In this document: positions 25,478 to 35,597 of the stretch, piece by piece
Position numbering within the stretch: the first letter of the stretch is position 1
Layout of the letters: the number at the start of each line of letters is the position of its first letter
NCBI GenBank assembly: GCA_913050645.1
Contig: CAJXAG010000003.1
Coordinates: forward strand, 1-42,022
Source of the DNA: an uncultured bacterium
GTDB lineage: Bacteria; Patescibacteriota; Minisyncoccia; Phycocordibacterales; UBA918
DNA: 42,022 nucleotides
Reading direction: 5' to 3'
Notes under the pieces: model-generated
What the model was told of the DNA's origin: nothing
The model's input: only the letters and a program-made list of their open reading frames with translations
The model's database searches: none
Program-made: the position numbers and the translations under genes

Positions 25478-26899
25478 ATGGAAATGTTTCTTTCAAGTGC
25501 TGTTTGGGTGACGGCTGTTGTTGTCATCCTTCTGGTTGTTACGCTGGGTATCTCTATCTGGCTACGTACTGTTGTGCCCACAAACCGTGTACATGTGGTG
25601 CAGTCCGCAAAGCGAACAACGTCCTATGGCGGTGTTGCAGAAACCAACCAAGGCAACGTCTACTGGGTCTGGCCCTCGTGGGTGCCGCGGTTTGGTGTGA
25701 CGGTTATCGATCTGCCGATCTCTAACTTCGACTTGTCGCTCAATGCCTATGAGGCATACGACAAAAACCGTGTGCCGTTCGTTGTTGATGTAGTGGCCTT
25801 CTTTCGTATTACCGATACGGACAAGGCAGCGCGTCGTGTGAAGACGATCGAGGAGCTGCAAGATCAACTGAACAAAATCGTGCAGGGTGCAGTGCGTAAA
25901 GTACTTGCTTCTGACGAGATTGACTCGATTATGCTCGAACGTGCAAAGTTCGGCGACATGTTCACCGACGAGGTTGCCGGTCAGCTCGAAGAGTGGGGTG
26001 TTGAGTCAGTCAAAGCGATGGAACTGATGGACATCCGTGACTCGAATGGCAGCAATGTCATCGAGAACATCATGGCAAAACAGACATCGTTCATCGACAT
26101 GGAAAGTCGGACCGAGGTTGCAACCAACAAGAAGAAGGCTGAAACTGCGGAAATCGAAGCTCAACAGGAGATCGATGTTCGTCAGCAAGAGGCCGAACAG
26201 GTCGTGGGTGAACGGACTGCGGAAAAAGACAAAGCAGTCGGTATCGCGACAGAGCAATCTCAACAGGAAGTTCTGACCGAACAGCGTGAGACCACCGATC
26301 GTCAGATGGAGGTTCGCCGCGTTGAAGAGGTTAAAACTGCCGAGATCGAACGTGACAAGGAAATCGTTGCGGCCGATCAGGAAAAGCAGACAACAGTTAT
26401 TGTTGCTGACGGTAAGCTCGAAGCTGAGCGCCGTGAGGCAACAGGTATCGAAGTTGTTGGTACAGCGAAAGCTGCTGCCGAGCAGGCCATGCAGATGGCC
26501 CCGGTTGAAGCGAAAATTGCGCTTGCCAAGGAAATCGGTACGAACCCCGCCTTCCAGGCATACCTGCAGGTTATCGAAGCAGTTGCTGCTCAAAAAGAGA
26601 TCGGCATCGCTCAGGCCGCAGCGCTGGTTGAGGCTGACCTGAAGGTCATTGCCAACACCGGTGATGCCTCGAAAGGGGCTGGTCTGATTGGTGGTGTGCT
26701 TAGCTCGCAAGGCGGCACCAACTTGGCTGCTTCGCTTGAGGCGCTTGCCAATACACCGATGGGTAAAGGGATGCTGGACAAGTTCGGCATCACCCCTGAG
26801 GAGGCTGTTGTGGCAGTTCAAAATCTTCCGAAAGCCGAGACTTCTGAAGTAGAAGATGAGACTGACTCTGATCCTTCTGACGAAGCTCCGCAGTCGTAA
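25478..26899 (+). CDS. SPFH/flotillin-like membrane protein
   Basis: N-terminal TM helix, Band-7-like domain and long Ala/Glu coiled coil. Confidence 0.85.
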   Translation: MEMFLSSAVWVTAVVVILLVVTLGISIWLRTVVPTNRVHVVQSAKRTTSYGGVAETNQGNVYWVWPSWVPRFGVTVIDLPISNFDLSLNAYEAYDKNRVPFVVDVVAFFRITDTDKAARRVKTIEELQDQLNKIVQGAVRKVLASDEIDSIMLERAKFGDMFTDEVAGQLEEWGVESVKAMELMDIRDSNGSNVIENIMAKQTSFIDMESRTEVATNKKKAETAEIEAQQEIDVRQQEAEQVVGERTAEKDKAVGIATEQSQQEVLTEQRETTDRQMEVRRVEEVKTAEIERDKEIVAADQEKQTTVIVADGKLEAERREATGIEVVGTAKAAAEQAMQMAPVEAKIALAKEIGTNPAFQAYLQVIEAVAAQKEIGIAQAAALVEADLKVIANTGDASKGAGLIGGVLSSQGGTNLAASLEALANTPMGKGMLDKFGITPEEAVVAVQNLPKAETSEVEDETDSDPSDEAPQS

Positions 26900-26917
26900 G
26901 ACTGCAACAACAAAAAC

Positions 26918-26943
26918 AACCCTAGCGAAATTTCGCTAGGGTT
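26918..26943. terminator. Bidirectional terminator
   Basis: AACCCTAGCGAAATTTCGCTAGGGTT. Confidence 0.8.
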
Positions 26944-26948
26944 TTCTT

Positions 26949-27296
26949 TTATGAGGGTTTATGTTCTGACATAACCATACCTTGGTGTGGCTGGAGTAAA
27001 ACTACAAAATGTATGGGGTGTAGCTCTGGTAGGGTACTGATTTTTTGTGTAAGTTGGTCACTGTGTTCTTTTGCTTTTTGCATAACACGCGATCCAGCAG
27101 TGATGCTGAAAATGAGCCCGTCGATGTTTGATGCAATTTCTTGGTCCTGCGGGCTAATCGGTTCTGGGATTACCTTTATGTTTTCTTCTGGGTAACCAAA
27201 TTCGTTTGCGACCAATGTTTCAATGTTGGTTATATTGACCTTAAGTGCGTCACGTATTGTTTGATCCTCAAAGAAAGTTACTCTCACATGTGGCAT
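26949..27296 (-). CDS. Hypothetical protein, possibly tautomerase/MIF superfamily
   Basis: Met-Pro N-terminus and beta-alpha-beta-like pattern; AAGGAG SD. Confidence 0.55.
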   Translation of the reverse strand: MPHVRVTFFEDQTIRDALKVNITNIETLVANEFGYPEENIKVIPEPISPQDQEIASNIDGLIFSITAGSRVMQKAKEHSDQLTQKISTLPELHPIHFVVLLQPHQGMVMSEHKPS

Positions 27297-27364
27297 TGCT
27301 TGCTCCTTTGTGTACTATTTATATTGAACACTACTACGAAAGATATATTTGTCGATAGTATCGA

Positions 27365-27399
27365 AAGAAAAACCCTGGCTGCTAGCCAGGGTTTTTCTT
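27365..27399 (-). terminator. Terminator after guaC
   Basis: AAGAAAAACCCTGGCT-gct-AGCCAGGGTTTTTCTT. Confidence 0.8.
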
Positions 27400-28468
27400 A
27401 GTTACCGGTATCGAACTGCTCGAGATAGGTAGTGAGTTGTTTATTTACTCGTACAAATGTAGTTCGTTTTGAGAACTCTTTGAGTTTTCGTGCACCTATA
27501 TATGTACCTGTGCTACGTAGTGACCCGAAGAGATCTTGCAGGTAGTGTGCAATGTCGCCTTTGTATGGCATGAGCACTTCGCGACCTTCGCTTGCACGGT
27601 GCTTCTCTTTCTTTCCATAAAATGTTTCCAGCGCTTTGTTTGAAGAAGATCCGAAGTATTCTTTATACTTCTTTCCATTTTTCTCAACAATCTCTCCAGC
27701 GCTTTGATCGTATCCTGAGAACATTGAACCAAACATATTAAAATCAGCTCCTGCGCAAAATGCTTTCGCGACACAAGAAGGAAACTGTTGTCCACCGTCA
27801 GCGATTACTAATCCGTATCCTTGGTCATTGTCGATACCATGTGCCGCATCTGCACACTCGATTACTGCGGATAGCTGTGGGTAGCCCACACCGGTCATTC
27901 GGCGCGTAGTGCACGCTGAGCCGGGCCCAATACCTACTTTCACAATATCGGCACCATTAAGAATGATTTCTTCTGTGATTTCATTGGTTACCACATTACC
28001 CGCGATGATGATGTGCTCGGGGCAGAGTGTTCGCAGTTCGCGTATTTTTTCTAGGAATACTTCAAGGTATCCATTAGGGATATCGATGCAGATGAATGAG
28101 AAATGCTTCATAAGGTCCGCAGCAATCATTGCATGCAACTTTTCGAAGTCTTCTGCTCGGGTACCAAGAGTGTACACAACGTAATCTGGATTGGTAAAGT
28201 CAGCAAAAAACTTTTTAAAGTCTTCTACATCATAGTATTTATGAAAGGTAGTGATCATTTTATGTGGCGCAAGTGTTTGTGCCATTTCAAAAGTGCCACA
28301 AGTCGCCATGTTGGCGGTCATGATCGGGATACCGGTCCATTTTTTAGGGGAGTGATAAAAGGAAAAGGTCCGCTCCAGCTGCACCTCTTTACGTGAGGTC
28401 AACGTACTTCGCTTTGGGCGAAGGAGGACATCGCTATAATCTAGCTTTAAATCTTCTTCAATTCGCAT
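27398..28468 (-). CDS. guaC: GMP reductase
   Basis: [45 protein letters not shown] and RASEG. Confidence 0.95.
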   Translation of the reverse strand: MRIEEDLKLDYSDVLLRPKRSTLTSRKEVQLERTFSFYHSPKKWTGIPIMTANMATCGTFEMAQTLAPHKMITTFHKYYDVEDFKKFFADFTNPDYVVYTLGTRAEDFEKLHAMIAADLMKHFSFICIDIPNGYLEVFLEKIRELRTLCPEHIIIAGNVVTNEITEEIILNGADIVKVGIGPGSACTTRRMTGVGYPQLSAVIECADAAHGIDNDQGYGLVIADGGQQFPSCVAKAFCAGADFNMFGSMFSGYDQSAGEIVEKNGKKYKEYFGSSSNKALETFYGKKEKHRASEGREVLMPYKGDIAHYLQDLFGSLRSTGTYIGARKLKEFSKRTTFVRVNKQLTTYLEQFDTGN

Positions 28469-28510
28469 ACCTGCCAAGTGTAGCAGATGCATGTGGTCTG
28501 TCTATGAAAT

Positions 28511-28538
28511 AAACCCTGACGGAAGCCCGTCAGGGTTT
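28511..28538 (-). terminator. Terminator after the alpha/beta hydrolase gene
   Basis: AAACCCTGACGG-aagc-CCGTCAGGGTTT. Confidence 0.75.
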
Positions 28539-28546
28539 TTCTGTGT

Positions 28547-29548
28547 TTAGTGTGCGTCAGCTTCGATAATCTGCCGCAATACACCCGGCCGTTCGATACC
28601 CAGTGCGGTGTGTCCCGCACCTTCACGAACAAACGAGGCCCATGCGTCAATCAGTGCAAACAGGTCACCACCACCATTTCCGTGATCGCGCAGCAGATAC
28701 TCATGGTACTCACGGGGAGTAAACAGTCGGTCGCTGTGTCCACTTAAGAGTGTAACTCGCACTGGTGTTGATTTTAGGTACAGCAGCAGTGTGCCAACAT
28801 CTGCTTTGATACCCTCGGGCACCTCATCAGTCAATCGCCAGATAGACTTTTGCGCGAAGTTGCGCATAAACGTACGTCCAGCGCGACCTGACGGTTCCAG
28901 TAGTTGCGTGTCACCTCGCAAGACCTGGCCGGCAATGTCGGTCATTTGATCAAATGCCTGGTGTGCAAACTTCGCCGCAATCAGAAAAGTGTCTTGGTCT
29001 TTTTGAAATCCCTCGGGGTTGACCAGGGTAAGGGTGGGTACGTGTTTAGCATGCAGTGCCGCAACGTGTGTTGCGAGCATACCTCCCTGCGAGTGTCCCA
29101 CTAGATGATACTGATTGGCGTCGAGTTGGTCTAGTAAGGCGTCAAGAGCAAATACTTTGCGCAATACCACGTCAGGCACCGTGTATGTACCTTGGAATTG
29201 CGCATGCATTTCAGACAGTGGTCCTGTGTATCCATAGATCGGATTCACAAATACCGTCACGTATCCCTTGTGGTAGAAATCAAAGAGTTCGCCAGCGTAT
29301 GCATGTACCCCCTGGGAAAACCCACCAATCAAAACGATAGGTTTGTCATGAAGTATTTCCTCAGGAATGATGATGGTGTAGACGTCATCACAATGCTCAA
29401 GCTGGATACCTCGCTCAACTTCTATTTGTTCAACAAAGTCATGTGCGTGTTCGATCTGCTGTGCAACATCCTTTGAAAGTTCTTTGCGCAGCAGCATTTT
29501 GCGGATAGTCATGACGGGATTGTATAGCAACTCCTTAAGTTTGGTCAC
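28547..29548 (-). CDS. Alpha/beta hydrolase fold protein
   Basis: GHSQGG nucleophile elbow, G.SD and AGH; GGAGG SD with a GTG start. Confidence 0.85.
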   Translation of the reverse strand: MTKLKELLYNPVMTIRKMLLRKELSKDVAQQIEHAHDFVEQIEVERGIQLEHCDDVYTIIIPEEILHDKPIVLIGGFSQGVHAYAGELFDFYHKGYVTVFVNPIYGYTGPLSEMHAQFQGTYTVPDVVLRKVFALDALLDQLDANQYHLVGHSQGGMLATHVAALHAKHVPTLTLVNPEGFQKDQDTFLIAAKFAHQAFDQMTDIAGQVLRGDTQLLEPSGRAGRTFMRNFAQKSIWRLTDEVPEGIKADVGTLLLYLKSTPVRVTLLSGHSDRLFTPREYHEYLLRDHGNGGGDLFALIDAWASFVREGAGHTALGIERPGVLRQIIEADAH

Positions 29549-29681
29549 TGTGTACCTCCTGTAAAGAACAGTTTTATGAACAGTATCAGGAATTGTATGT
29601 TTGTCTATATTTTGCGTATGTGCTGCAAATGGCTACATTGCGCATGCTACGATAACAGTACTAGTACATAACAACATATAT

Positions 29682-30725
29682 ATGAAGTCTCAAAAGCAGT
29701 CATTAAAAGAAAAAGTGATAGGAAAGCTTAAACAGTATGGTGTGCCAGGCTTGGCAGTGGTCGGAGCACTTGCGCTGCTCATGGTGGTGTTTGGAGGTTT
29801 CAATTCGTTCCACCCGTCTGGTATCGGTTTTTCTGACAGTGCGACTGTTCAAAATATGCCGGGTGTTCCGTCGATGGGTAGAGGGGGTTCGTTTGGTGCC
29901 GAGAAGATGTTCTATGCTGAAGAGATGGCGATTGAGGGTGGTTATATACAACCCATTCCAGACCCGTCTCCATACGTACCAGAGCTAGAAAAGTATGAGA
30001 CAACTGACTATCGGGTGAGCGCACGTACCCGACAGTTCGATGAAGCGTGTAGCCTACTTCGTGCCCTGAAGGCTGACACGCGTATCGACTTTAAGAGTAT
30101 TTCTGAAGGACTCAATCGCTGTTCAGGAACCTTCTATGCAGATGAAGCGCAGTCTGCGTGGGTACTTGATAAGCTGAATGGCATTGCAGGTGTAGAGATA
30201 AATCGCCAGACCGTATCGGTTACCCGACATCGAGAAAATCTCCAGACTGAAGCAGGAGTACTTCGTGAACAGCTTGCAGTGGTCGAGCGTACGCTTACGC
30301 AGGCAGAATCGCAGTACGAAGAGATTACTGAAGTTGCTCGTGTCGCAAGTGACGCAAGTGCACTTACTGAAGCGATTCGTGATAAGTTGTCGATGATTAA
30401 AACGCTTAACAACGAACGTATTCAGCTACTTGCACGTTTGCGTAGCATCAGTCAGCAGTCGTCTGACCTTGAAGAACGCATCGGTGTAGTGGCGTTTTCA
30501 GCTTCCTTCACACGGTCATACCCGGTAGATCTTGATGAAAACTCACGCAAGTGGGAAGCGGCATGGGAGAACCTGAACGATGCGTTTATAGACTTCATGA
30601 TGGCGTTTACAGTCAACCTCGGTATCTTTCTTCTGAAGGTGATTCAGTATGTAGTGTACGGTTTGATTCTCTTAGTCTTCGTACGAGTGGGATATCGTGT
30701 CGTACGCCGATTGTGGCAGATCTAA
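29682..30725 (+). CDS. DUF4349-like membrane protein
   Basis: N-terminal TM helix, central coiled coil and C-terminal TM helix with a basic tail. Confidence 0.65.
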   Translation: MKSQKQSLKEKVIGKLKQYGVPGLAVVGALALLMVVFGGFNSFHPSGIGFSDSATVQNMPGVPSMGRGGSFGAEKMFYAEEMAIEGGYIQPIPDPSPYVPELEKYETTDYRVSARTRQFDEACSLLRALKADTRIDFKSISEGLNRCSGTFYADEAQSAWVLDKLNGIAGVEINRQTVSVTRHRENLQTEAGVLREQLAVVERTLTQAESQYEEITEVARVASDASALTEAIRDKLSMIKTLNNERIQLLARLRSISQQSSDLEERIGVVAFSASFTRSYPVDLDENSRKWEAAWENLNDAFIDFMMAFTVNLGIFLLKVIQYVVYGLILLVFVRVGYRVVRRLWQI

Positions 30726-30754
30726 AACCTGCCAACTAGCGTTGCACAAAAGAA

Positions 30755-30785
30755 AAAAACCGCGCACGTTCCATGCGCGGTTTTT
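30755..30785 (+). terminator. Intrinsic terminator
   Basis: AAAAACCGCGCA-N7-TGCGCGGTTTTT. Confidence 0.8.
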
Positions 30786-31032
30786 CTGTTCGAAGTACGA
30801 AATATTGGCAGTGATAACTAGATGTTCCCCAGTCAGACGGATCGTGAGCATCATAGCCGAGACACCTTGTTTGAATATATTCACTTTCGATCTGGATTTC
30901 GTACCTCTCGATCTCTGGCCACTTCACCCGAACCTTTAGCCTACAAAGATGCTTAGTTTTAGAGGGGGAGAATATGTTGTTTCTGCAGGTTTTTTGAGCT
31001 TGTCGCGTACGTTATACACAGTGCCATAAATG

Positions 31033-31083
31033 CATAGATAGACATCTATGTGTAGAATGTAATTCCATAGATACTCGTCTATG
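31033..31083 (+). promoter_or_regulatory. Two 18-bp palindromic operators flanking a -10 box upstream of nrdD
   Basis: CATAGATAGACATCTATG (31033) and CATAGATACTCGTCTATG (31066), with TAGAAT between them. Confidence 0.65.
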
Positions 31084-31130
31084 ATACCACACTCCACAGT
31101 GGTGATTTTGTCAGCACTAAATTACAACGA

Positions 31131-33281
31131 ATGAATACCTCACTACACCAAACGACACTTGCTAAAATTGTTAAGCGCAACGGCACATCGGTTACATTTG
31201 ATCCGAGAAAGATTACTCGGGCAATTGAAAAAGCGATGCGTGCAACTGACACTTATACTGAGAATGCACCACTAGAGATTACGAATACGGTGTTGCATTC
31301 GCTTGAGGCGGCACAGAAAGATCGTCCCCAGTATATTCCCACTGTTGAAGAAATACAGGACTTGATTGAAGCTGAGCTCATGCGACAAGACTATACCGAG
31401 ACTGCAAAAGCATATATTCTCTATCGTGAACAACATGCACATATTCGACGGATGGTTAACACCGAAACTGTCGATTTAGTTGATCAGTACCTCGATCGCG
31501 CGGACTGGCAGGTAAAAGAAAATAGCAATATGGCCTTTTCGCTACAAGGTCTCAACAACTATATTGCTTCGGAGGTCAGTAAGACCTACTGGCTGGATAA
31601 GATATATCCAAAAGAAATAAAGAAAGCTCATCTTGCAGGGGACTTCCACATTCACGACCTGAACTTACTTTCAGTGTACTGCGTGGGATGGGATTTGTAT
31701 GATGTGCTTGTACGGGGGTTCGGCGGTGTACCGGGCAAAGTACAAAGTAAGCCAGCAAGACACTTTCGCAGTGCGCTTGGGCAGCTCGTCAACTTCTTCT
31801 ACACGCTGCAAGGTGAGGCGGCTGGTGCACAAGCATTCTCAAATGTAGACACCCTTCTCGCACCATTTATTTGGTACGATCACCTTTCCTACGACGAGGT
31901 TAAACAAGCAATACAAGAATTTGTTTTTAACGTAAACATTCCAACACGAGTTGGATTCCAAACACCATTTACGAATATCACCCTTGATCTCACTACCCCA
32001 AAACACTACGCAAACATGCGTGTAGTGCGCGGTGGAGAGAAAATGAAAGAAACGTACGGCGAGTTCCAACGAGAGATGGATATGTTCAACCAGGCTTTTC
32101 TTGAAGTTATGTGTGAAGGTGATGCATCGGGCCGTGTCTTCACTTTTCCGATTCCTACCTATAACATTACTGAAGACTTTGACTGGGATAGTGATCGGGT
32201 TAAAAACCTGTGGGAATCTTCAGCAAAGTATGGCATTCCGTACTTCTCAAACTTTATAAATTCTGACATGAGCCCAGACGATGCACGTTCCATGTGTTGT
32301 CGACTGCGCATTGATAATCGTGAGCTCTACAAGCGCGGAGGTGGACTTTTTGGTGCCAATCCTCTCACGGGCTCAATTGGTGTGGTCACAGTCAATTTGC
32401 CACGGATTGGACACGAAGCAAAAACGAAGGATGAGTTTTTTGAGAAACTATTCTTGCTTATGGATACCGCCAAGGAGAGTCTTGAAATTAAACGAAAAGT
32501 ACTAGAAAGAATGACCGATGCTAACCTGTATCCGTACACAAAATACTATCTTGAAAATATAAAACTTGGCTTTGGTTCTTATTGGCAAAACCATTTCTCA
32601 ACCATTGGACTGGTTGGGGCCAATGAAGCTTTGAAGATGTTGCTTGGCGTTGATATTACTACCGAAGAAGGCAACGCTTTCGCCGCAGAAATTCTCACAC
32701 GTATGCGTGATCGGCTCGCGGACTATCAGGAGGAGACGGGTAATAATTACAACCTTGAAGCAACGCCAGCCGAAGGGACTTCATATCGTTTAGCCTTACT
32801 TGACCAAAAGTGTTTTGCTGACATGCAGTTCGCCAATGGTGTGGGGCAGGATGTTGTTGATCCGTATTATACCAATTCAACACATACTCCCGTTAACTTT
32901 TCTGATGATGTGTTTGAGCTTCTTGATGCCCAAGATGGTTTGCAGACAAAATATACAGGAGGTACCGTCATCCACTTCTTTCTTGGAGAACGTGTTGATG
33001 ATCCGGAGTCTGTGAAACAGCTCGTGAAAAAGATATGCTCTAATTACCGCCTGCCGTACTTTACGCTCTCTCCGACCTTTAGTGTCTGTGTTACGCATGG
33101 ATACCAAAATGGTGAGGTGCACGAATGTCCCAAATGTGGCGCACTGTGTGAGGTGTACACTAGAATTGTTGGCTACCTCCGTCCTGTTGAGCAGTGGAAT
33201 AAAGGAAAAAGAGCTGAGTACGATGATCGGACGACCGTTCCGGCACGTGACGTGTCTACCTCTGAGAGTGTATGCGGCTAG
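31131..33281 (+). CDS. nrdD: Anaerobic (class III) ribonucleoside-triphosphate reductase with ATP cone
   Basis: VKRNG ATP cone, HIHDL, SMCCRL, C-terminal Zn site and RIVGY glycyl-radical motif. Confidence 0.95.
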   Translation: MNTSLHQTTLAKIVKRNGTSVTFDPRKITRAIEKAMRATDTYTENAPLEITNTVLHSLEAAQKDRPQYIPTVEEIQDLIEAELMRQDYTETAKAYILYREQHAHIRRMVNTETVDLVDQYLDRADWQVKENSNMAFSLQGLNNYIASEVSKTYWLDKIYPKEIKKAHLAGDFHIHDLNLLSVYCVGWDLYDVLVRGFGGVPGKVQSKPARHFRSALGQLVNFFYTLQGEAAGAQAFSNVDTLLAPFIWYDHLSYDEVKQAIQEFVFNVNIPTRVGFQTPFTNITLDLTTPKHYANMRVVRGGEKMKETYGEFQREMDMFNQAFLEVMCEGDASGRVFTFPIPTYNITEDFDWDSDRVKNLWESSAKYGIPYFSNFINSDMSPDDARSMCCRLRIDNRELYKRGGGLFGANPLTGSIGVVTVNLPRIGHEAKTKDEFFEKLFLLMDTAKESLEIKRKVLERMTDANLYPYTKYYLENIKLGFGSYWQNHFSTIGLVGANEALKMLLGVDITTEEGNAFAAEILTRMRDRLADYQEETGNNYNLEATPAEGTSYRLALLDQKCFADMQFANGVGQDVVDPYYTNSTHTPVNFSDDVFELLDAQDGLQTKYTGGTVIHFFLGERVDDPESVKQLVKKICSNYRLPYFTLSPTFSVCVTHGYQNGEVHECPKCGALCEVYTRIVGYLRPVEQWNKGKRAEYDDRTTVPARDVSTSESVCG

Positions 33282-33955
33282 GTGGACTACAAAAGTGTTC
33301 CTTAATAGATTATCCCAAAAAAGTATCCGCCATTGTTTTTACCGTTGGCTGCAATTTCCGCTGTCCATACTGTCACAACCCCGAGTTGGTTGATGAGACT
33401 GCTGATGAAATCTCTGAAGAAGCATTCTTTAGTTTTCTGATGAATCGTCGCGGCAAACTGGACGCCGTCACGGTCACGGGTGGGGAACCAACGGTACATG
33501 ATGATTTATTGAGCTTCCTTGAGAAAATTAAACAGCTTGGATTCCTCGTTAAGCTTGACAGTAATGGCACACACTCTGATATGCTTCGCGGTGCAATCGA
33601 CGCGAAACTGGTTGACTACATTGCCATGGATATAAAAGCACCGTTGCGTATGTACGAAGGAACGGTAGCACGACCCGTTGATATTGAAGAAATAAAAAAG
33701 AGCATTGCGTTGCTCAAAGAGGGGCAAGTAGCGTATGAGTTTCGTACCACGGTCATTAAGTCGCTGTTGTCGATTGAAGACTTTCACGAGATTGGTACTG
33801 CTATTGCCGGCGCAGATAGATATTACCTGCAAAAATTTGTACCAACCAAGTTACTCAATCCGGCATTTATCAAAAAGACTACGTATAGTGACGAAGAGTT
33901 TAGAGAAATAAAATCCATCATGGATTCTTATGTGACAACATGCAACATCAGATAA
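33272..33955 (+). CDS. nrdG: Anaerobic RNR activating enzyme (radical SAM)
   Basis: GCNFRCPYCHN and TGGEP; overlaps the end of nrdD. Confidence 0.93.
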   Translation: MRLGGLQKCSLIDYPKKVSAIVFTVGCNFRCPYCHNPELVDETADEISEEAFFSFLMNRRGKLDAVTVTGGEPTVHDDLLSFLEKIKQLGFLVKLDSNGTHSDMLRGAIDAKLVDYIAMDIKAPLRMYEGTVARPVDIEEIKKSIALLKEGQVAYEFRTTVIKSLLSIEDFHEIGTAIAGADRYYLQKFVPTKLLNPAFIKKTTYSDEEFREIKSIMDSYVTTCNIR

Positions 33956-35160
33956 CCAAGCAACAGATCTATCTCGATCATGCGGCGACAACGCCGTTGT
34001 CGGAAACAGCTGGGGCTGCTATGGAAGCGTGTCTCTATGAGCCGTATGGTAACCCGTCATCAATGCATCAGATTGGACGCCAAGCGTACGACGCATTGTA
34101 TGCGAATCGTAGAACGCTTGCAGAAGCACTTTCAGCTGACCCGGACGAAGTCATTCTGACCGGAAGTGGCACCGAGTCAGATAACTTGGCGCTGCTTGGT
34201 CTTGCACGTCAACACCGCGAGCACGGTAACCACATTGTCATTTCAGCAATCGAGCACAAAGCAGTCTTGGCTGCAGCTAAACAGTTGGAACGGGAAGGTT
34301 TTTCAGTTACGCGTCTGCCAGTGGATGCGACTGGGATGGTGTCAGTGGTAGATCTGCAGACCGCATTGCGACCAGAAACAATTTTGGTATCGATTATGTA
34401 CGCCAACAATGAAATTGGAACCGTTGAGCCCATTGGTGACGTAGTGCAGGTATGCAAGGAGTTTCGGCCGAATAGTCAGTACCCGCTTGTACACACGGAT
34501 GCTTGTCAGGCAGTCGGTATGCTGCAGTGTGTTCCGCACGTGCTTGGGGTAGATGCCATGACCATTAATAGTTCAAAAATATACGGGCCAAAGGGGGTTG
34601 GTTTATTGTATCTGCGGCGAGGTGTGGCCATACAGCCACTGATTGTCGGAGGCGACCAAGAGCATGGTATGCGGGCTGGTACTGAAAATATCGCCCTTAT
34701 TGCCGGTTTTGCTGCGGCGTTGACCGAAGCTGTGGCATATACTCATACGCATGTTGTAGCGATGAGGAAACTACAATCCTACTTCATGCAGGAGTTGTTG
34801 GCCACGGTGCCAGACATTGCGTTCAACGGTCATCGAACTGACCGATTGCCGAACAATGTTCATGTCACCATCCCAGATATAGAAGGTGAGTCGTTAGTTT
34901 TAATGTTAAGCGAAGCGGGCATTTGTTGTGCAACTGGTTCAGCGTGTTCTTCGCTTGATCTTGAGCCTTCGCATGTGCTGCATGCCATTGGACAGAGTGC
35001 TGATGTGATACATGGCAGTGTACGCTTTACCTTTGGTAGAACGACAACTCAGGAAGCTCTGAGTCATACAGCACAGGTGTTGGGGGAAGTAGTGAAACGG
35101 CTTCGCACCATTACTGCATGTACAACGAAGGTTTACAAGCAACAAAAAGCACATATATGA
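33940..35160 (+). CDS. iscS: Cysteine desulfurase
   Basis: IYLDHAATTP, SGTE, HTDA.Q, K.YGPKG and TGSACSS. Confidence 0.93.
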   Translation: MQHQITKQQIYLDHAATTPLSETAGAAMEACLYEPYGNPSSMHQIGRQAYDALYANRRTLAEALSADPDEVILTGSGTESDNLALLGLARQHREHGNHIVISAIEHKAVLAAAKQLEREGFSVTRLPVDATGMVSVVDLQTALRPETILVSIMYANNEIGTVEPIGDVVQVCKEFRPNSQYPLVHTDACQAVGMLQCVPHVLGVDAMTINSSKIYGPKGVGLLYLRRGVAIQPLIVGGDQEHGMRAGTENIALIAGFAAALTEAVAYTHTHVVAMRKLQSYFMQELLATVPDIAFNGHRTDRLPNNVHVTIPDIEGESLVLMLSEAGICCATGSACSSLDLEPSHVLHAIGQSADVIHGSVRFTFGRTTTQEALSHTAQVLGEVVKRLRTITACTTKVYKQQKAHI

Positions 35161-35594
35161 ACACAACACCAGACATCTACGCCTGCGCTGGCAAACCCTC
35201 ATGGATCTATAGTGACATAGTGAAAGATCATTTTTTTAAACCGAGAAATCTATTGATTGATGAAGAGCATTATGAGGCAGACGGTATTGGTATCGTTGGC
35301 AGTCCCGCCTGTGGTGACATGATGGTCGTTTGGATTAGAATTGATGATACGACGCAACAAATTAGTGAGTGCAAGTGGCGTACCTTCGGTTGTGCGTCGG
35401 CTATTGCCTCAACCTCAATGATGTCGGTAATGGCAACAGAAAATGGCGGTATGACACTGAAGCACGCCAAACGCCTGACACCAGAGGCAATTTTAGAACG
35501 ACTCGGTGGGCTACCAGAGAAGAAGTATCATTGCTCGGTACTTGGGCACCAAGCGCTACGGGAAGCAATTCTGGATTATGAGAATAAACAATAA
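35157..35594 (+). CDS. iscU: Fe-S cluster scaffold protein (IscU/NifU-like)
   Basis: PACGD, FGCASAIAS and HCS; ATGA overlap with iscS. Confidence 0.93.
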   Translation: MNTTPDIYACAGKPSWIYSDIVKDHFFKPRNLLIDEEHYEADGIGIVGSPACGDMMVVWIRIDDTTQQISECKWRTFGCASAIASTSMMSVMATENGGMTLKHAKRLTPEAILERLGGLPEKKYHCSVLGHQALREAILDYENKQ

Positions 35595-35597
35595 TGT

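Noticed and set aside
26006-26821. 271-aa minus-strand ORF (similarly 37171-37836 minus and 40652-41578 plus)
   Set aside because: Antisense shadows of GC-rich genes that have SD sites and terminators on the opposite strand
30736-30927. 63-aa minus-strand ORF
   Set aside because: Runs through the terminator hairpin and has no recognisable motif; at most a remnant
31086-31103. ACCAC-N8-GTGGT as a canonical NrdR box
   Set aside because: Lacks the AT-rich core of the NrdR consensus
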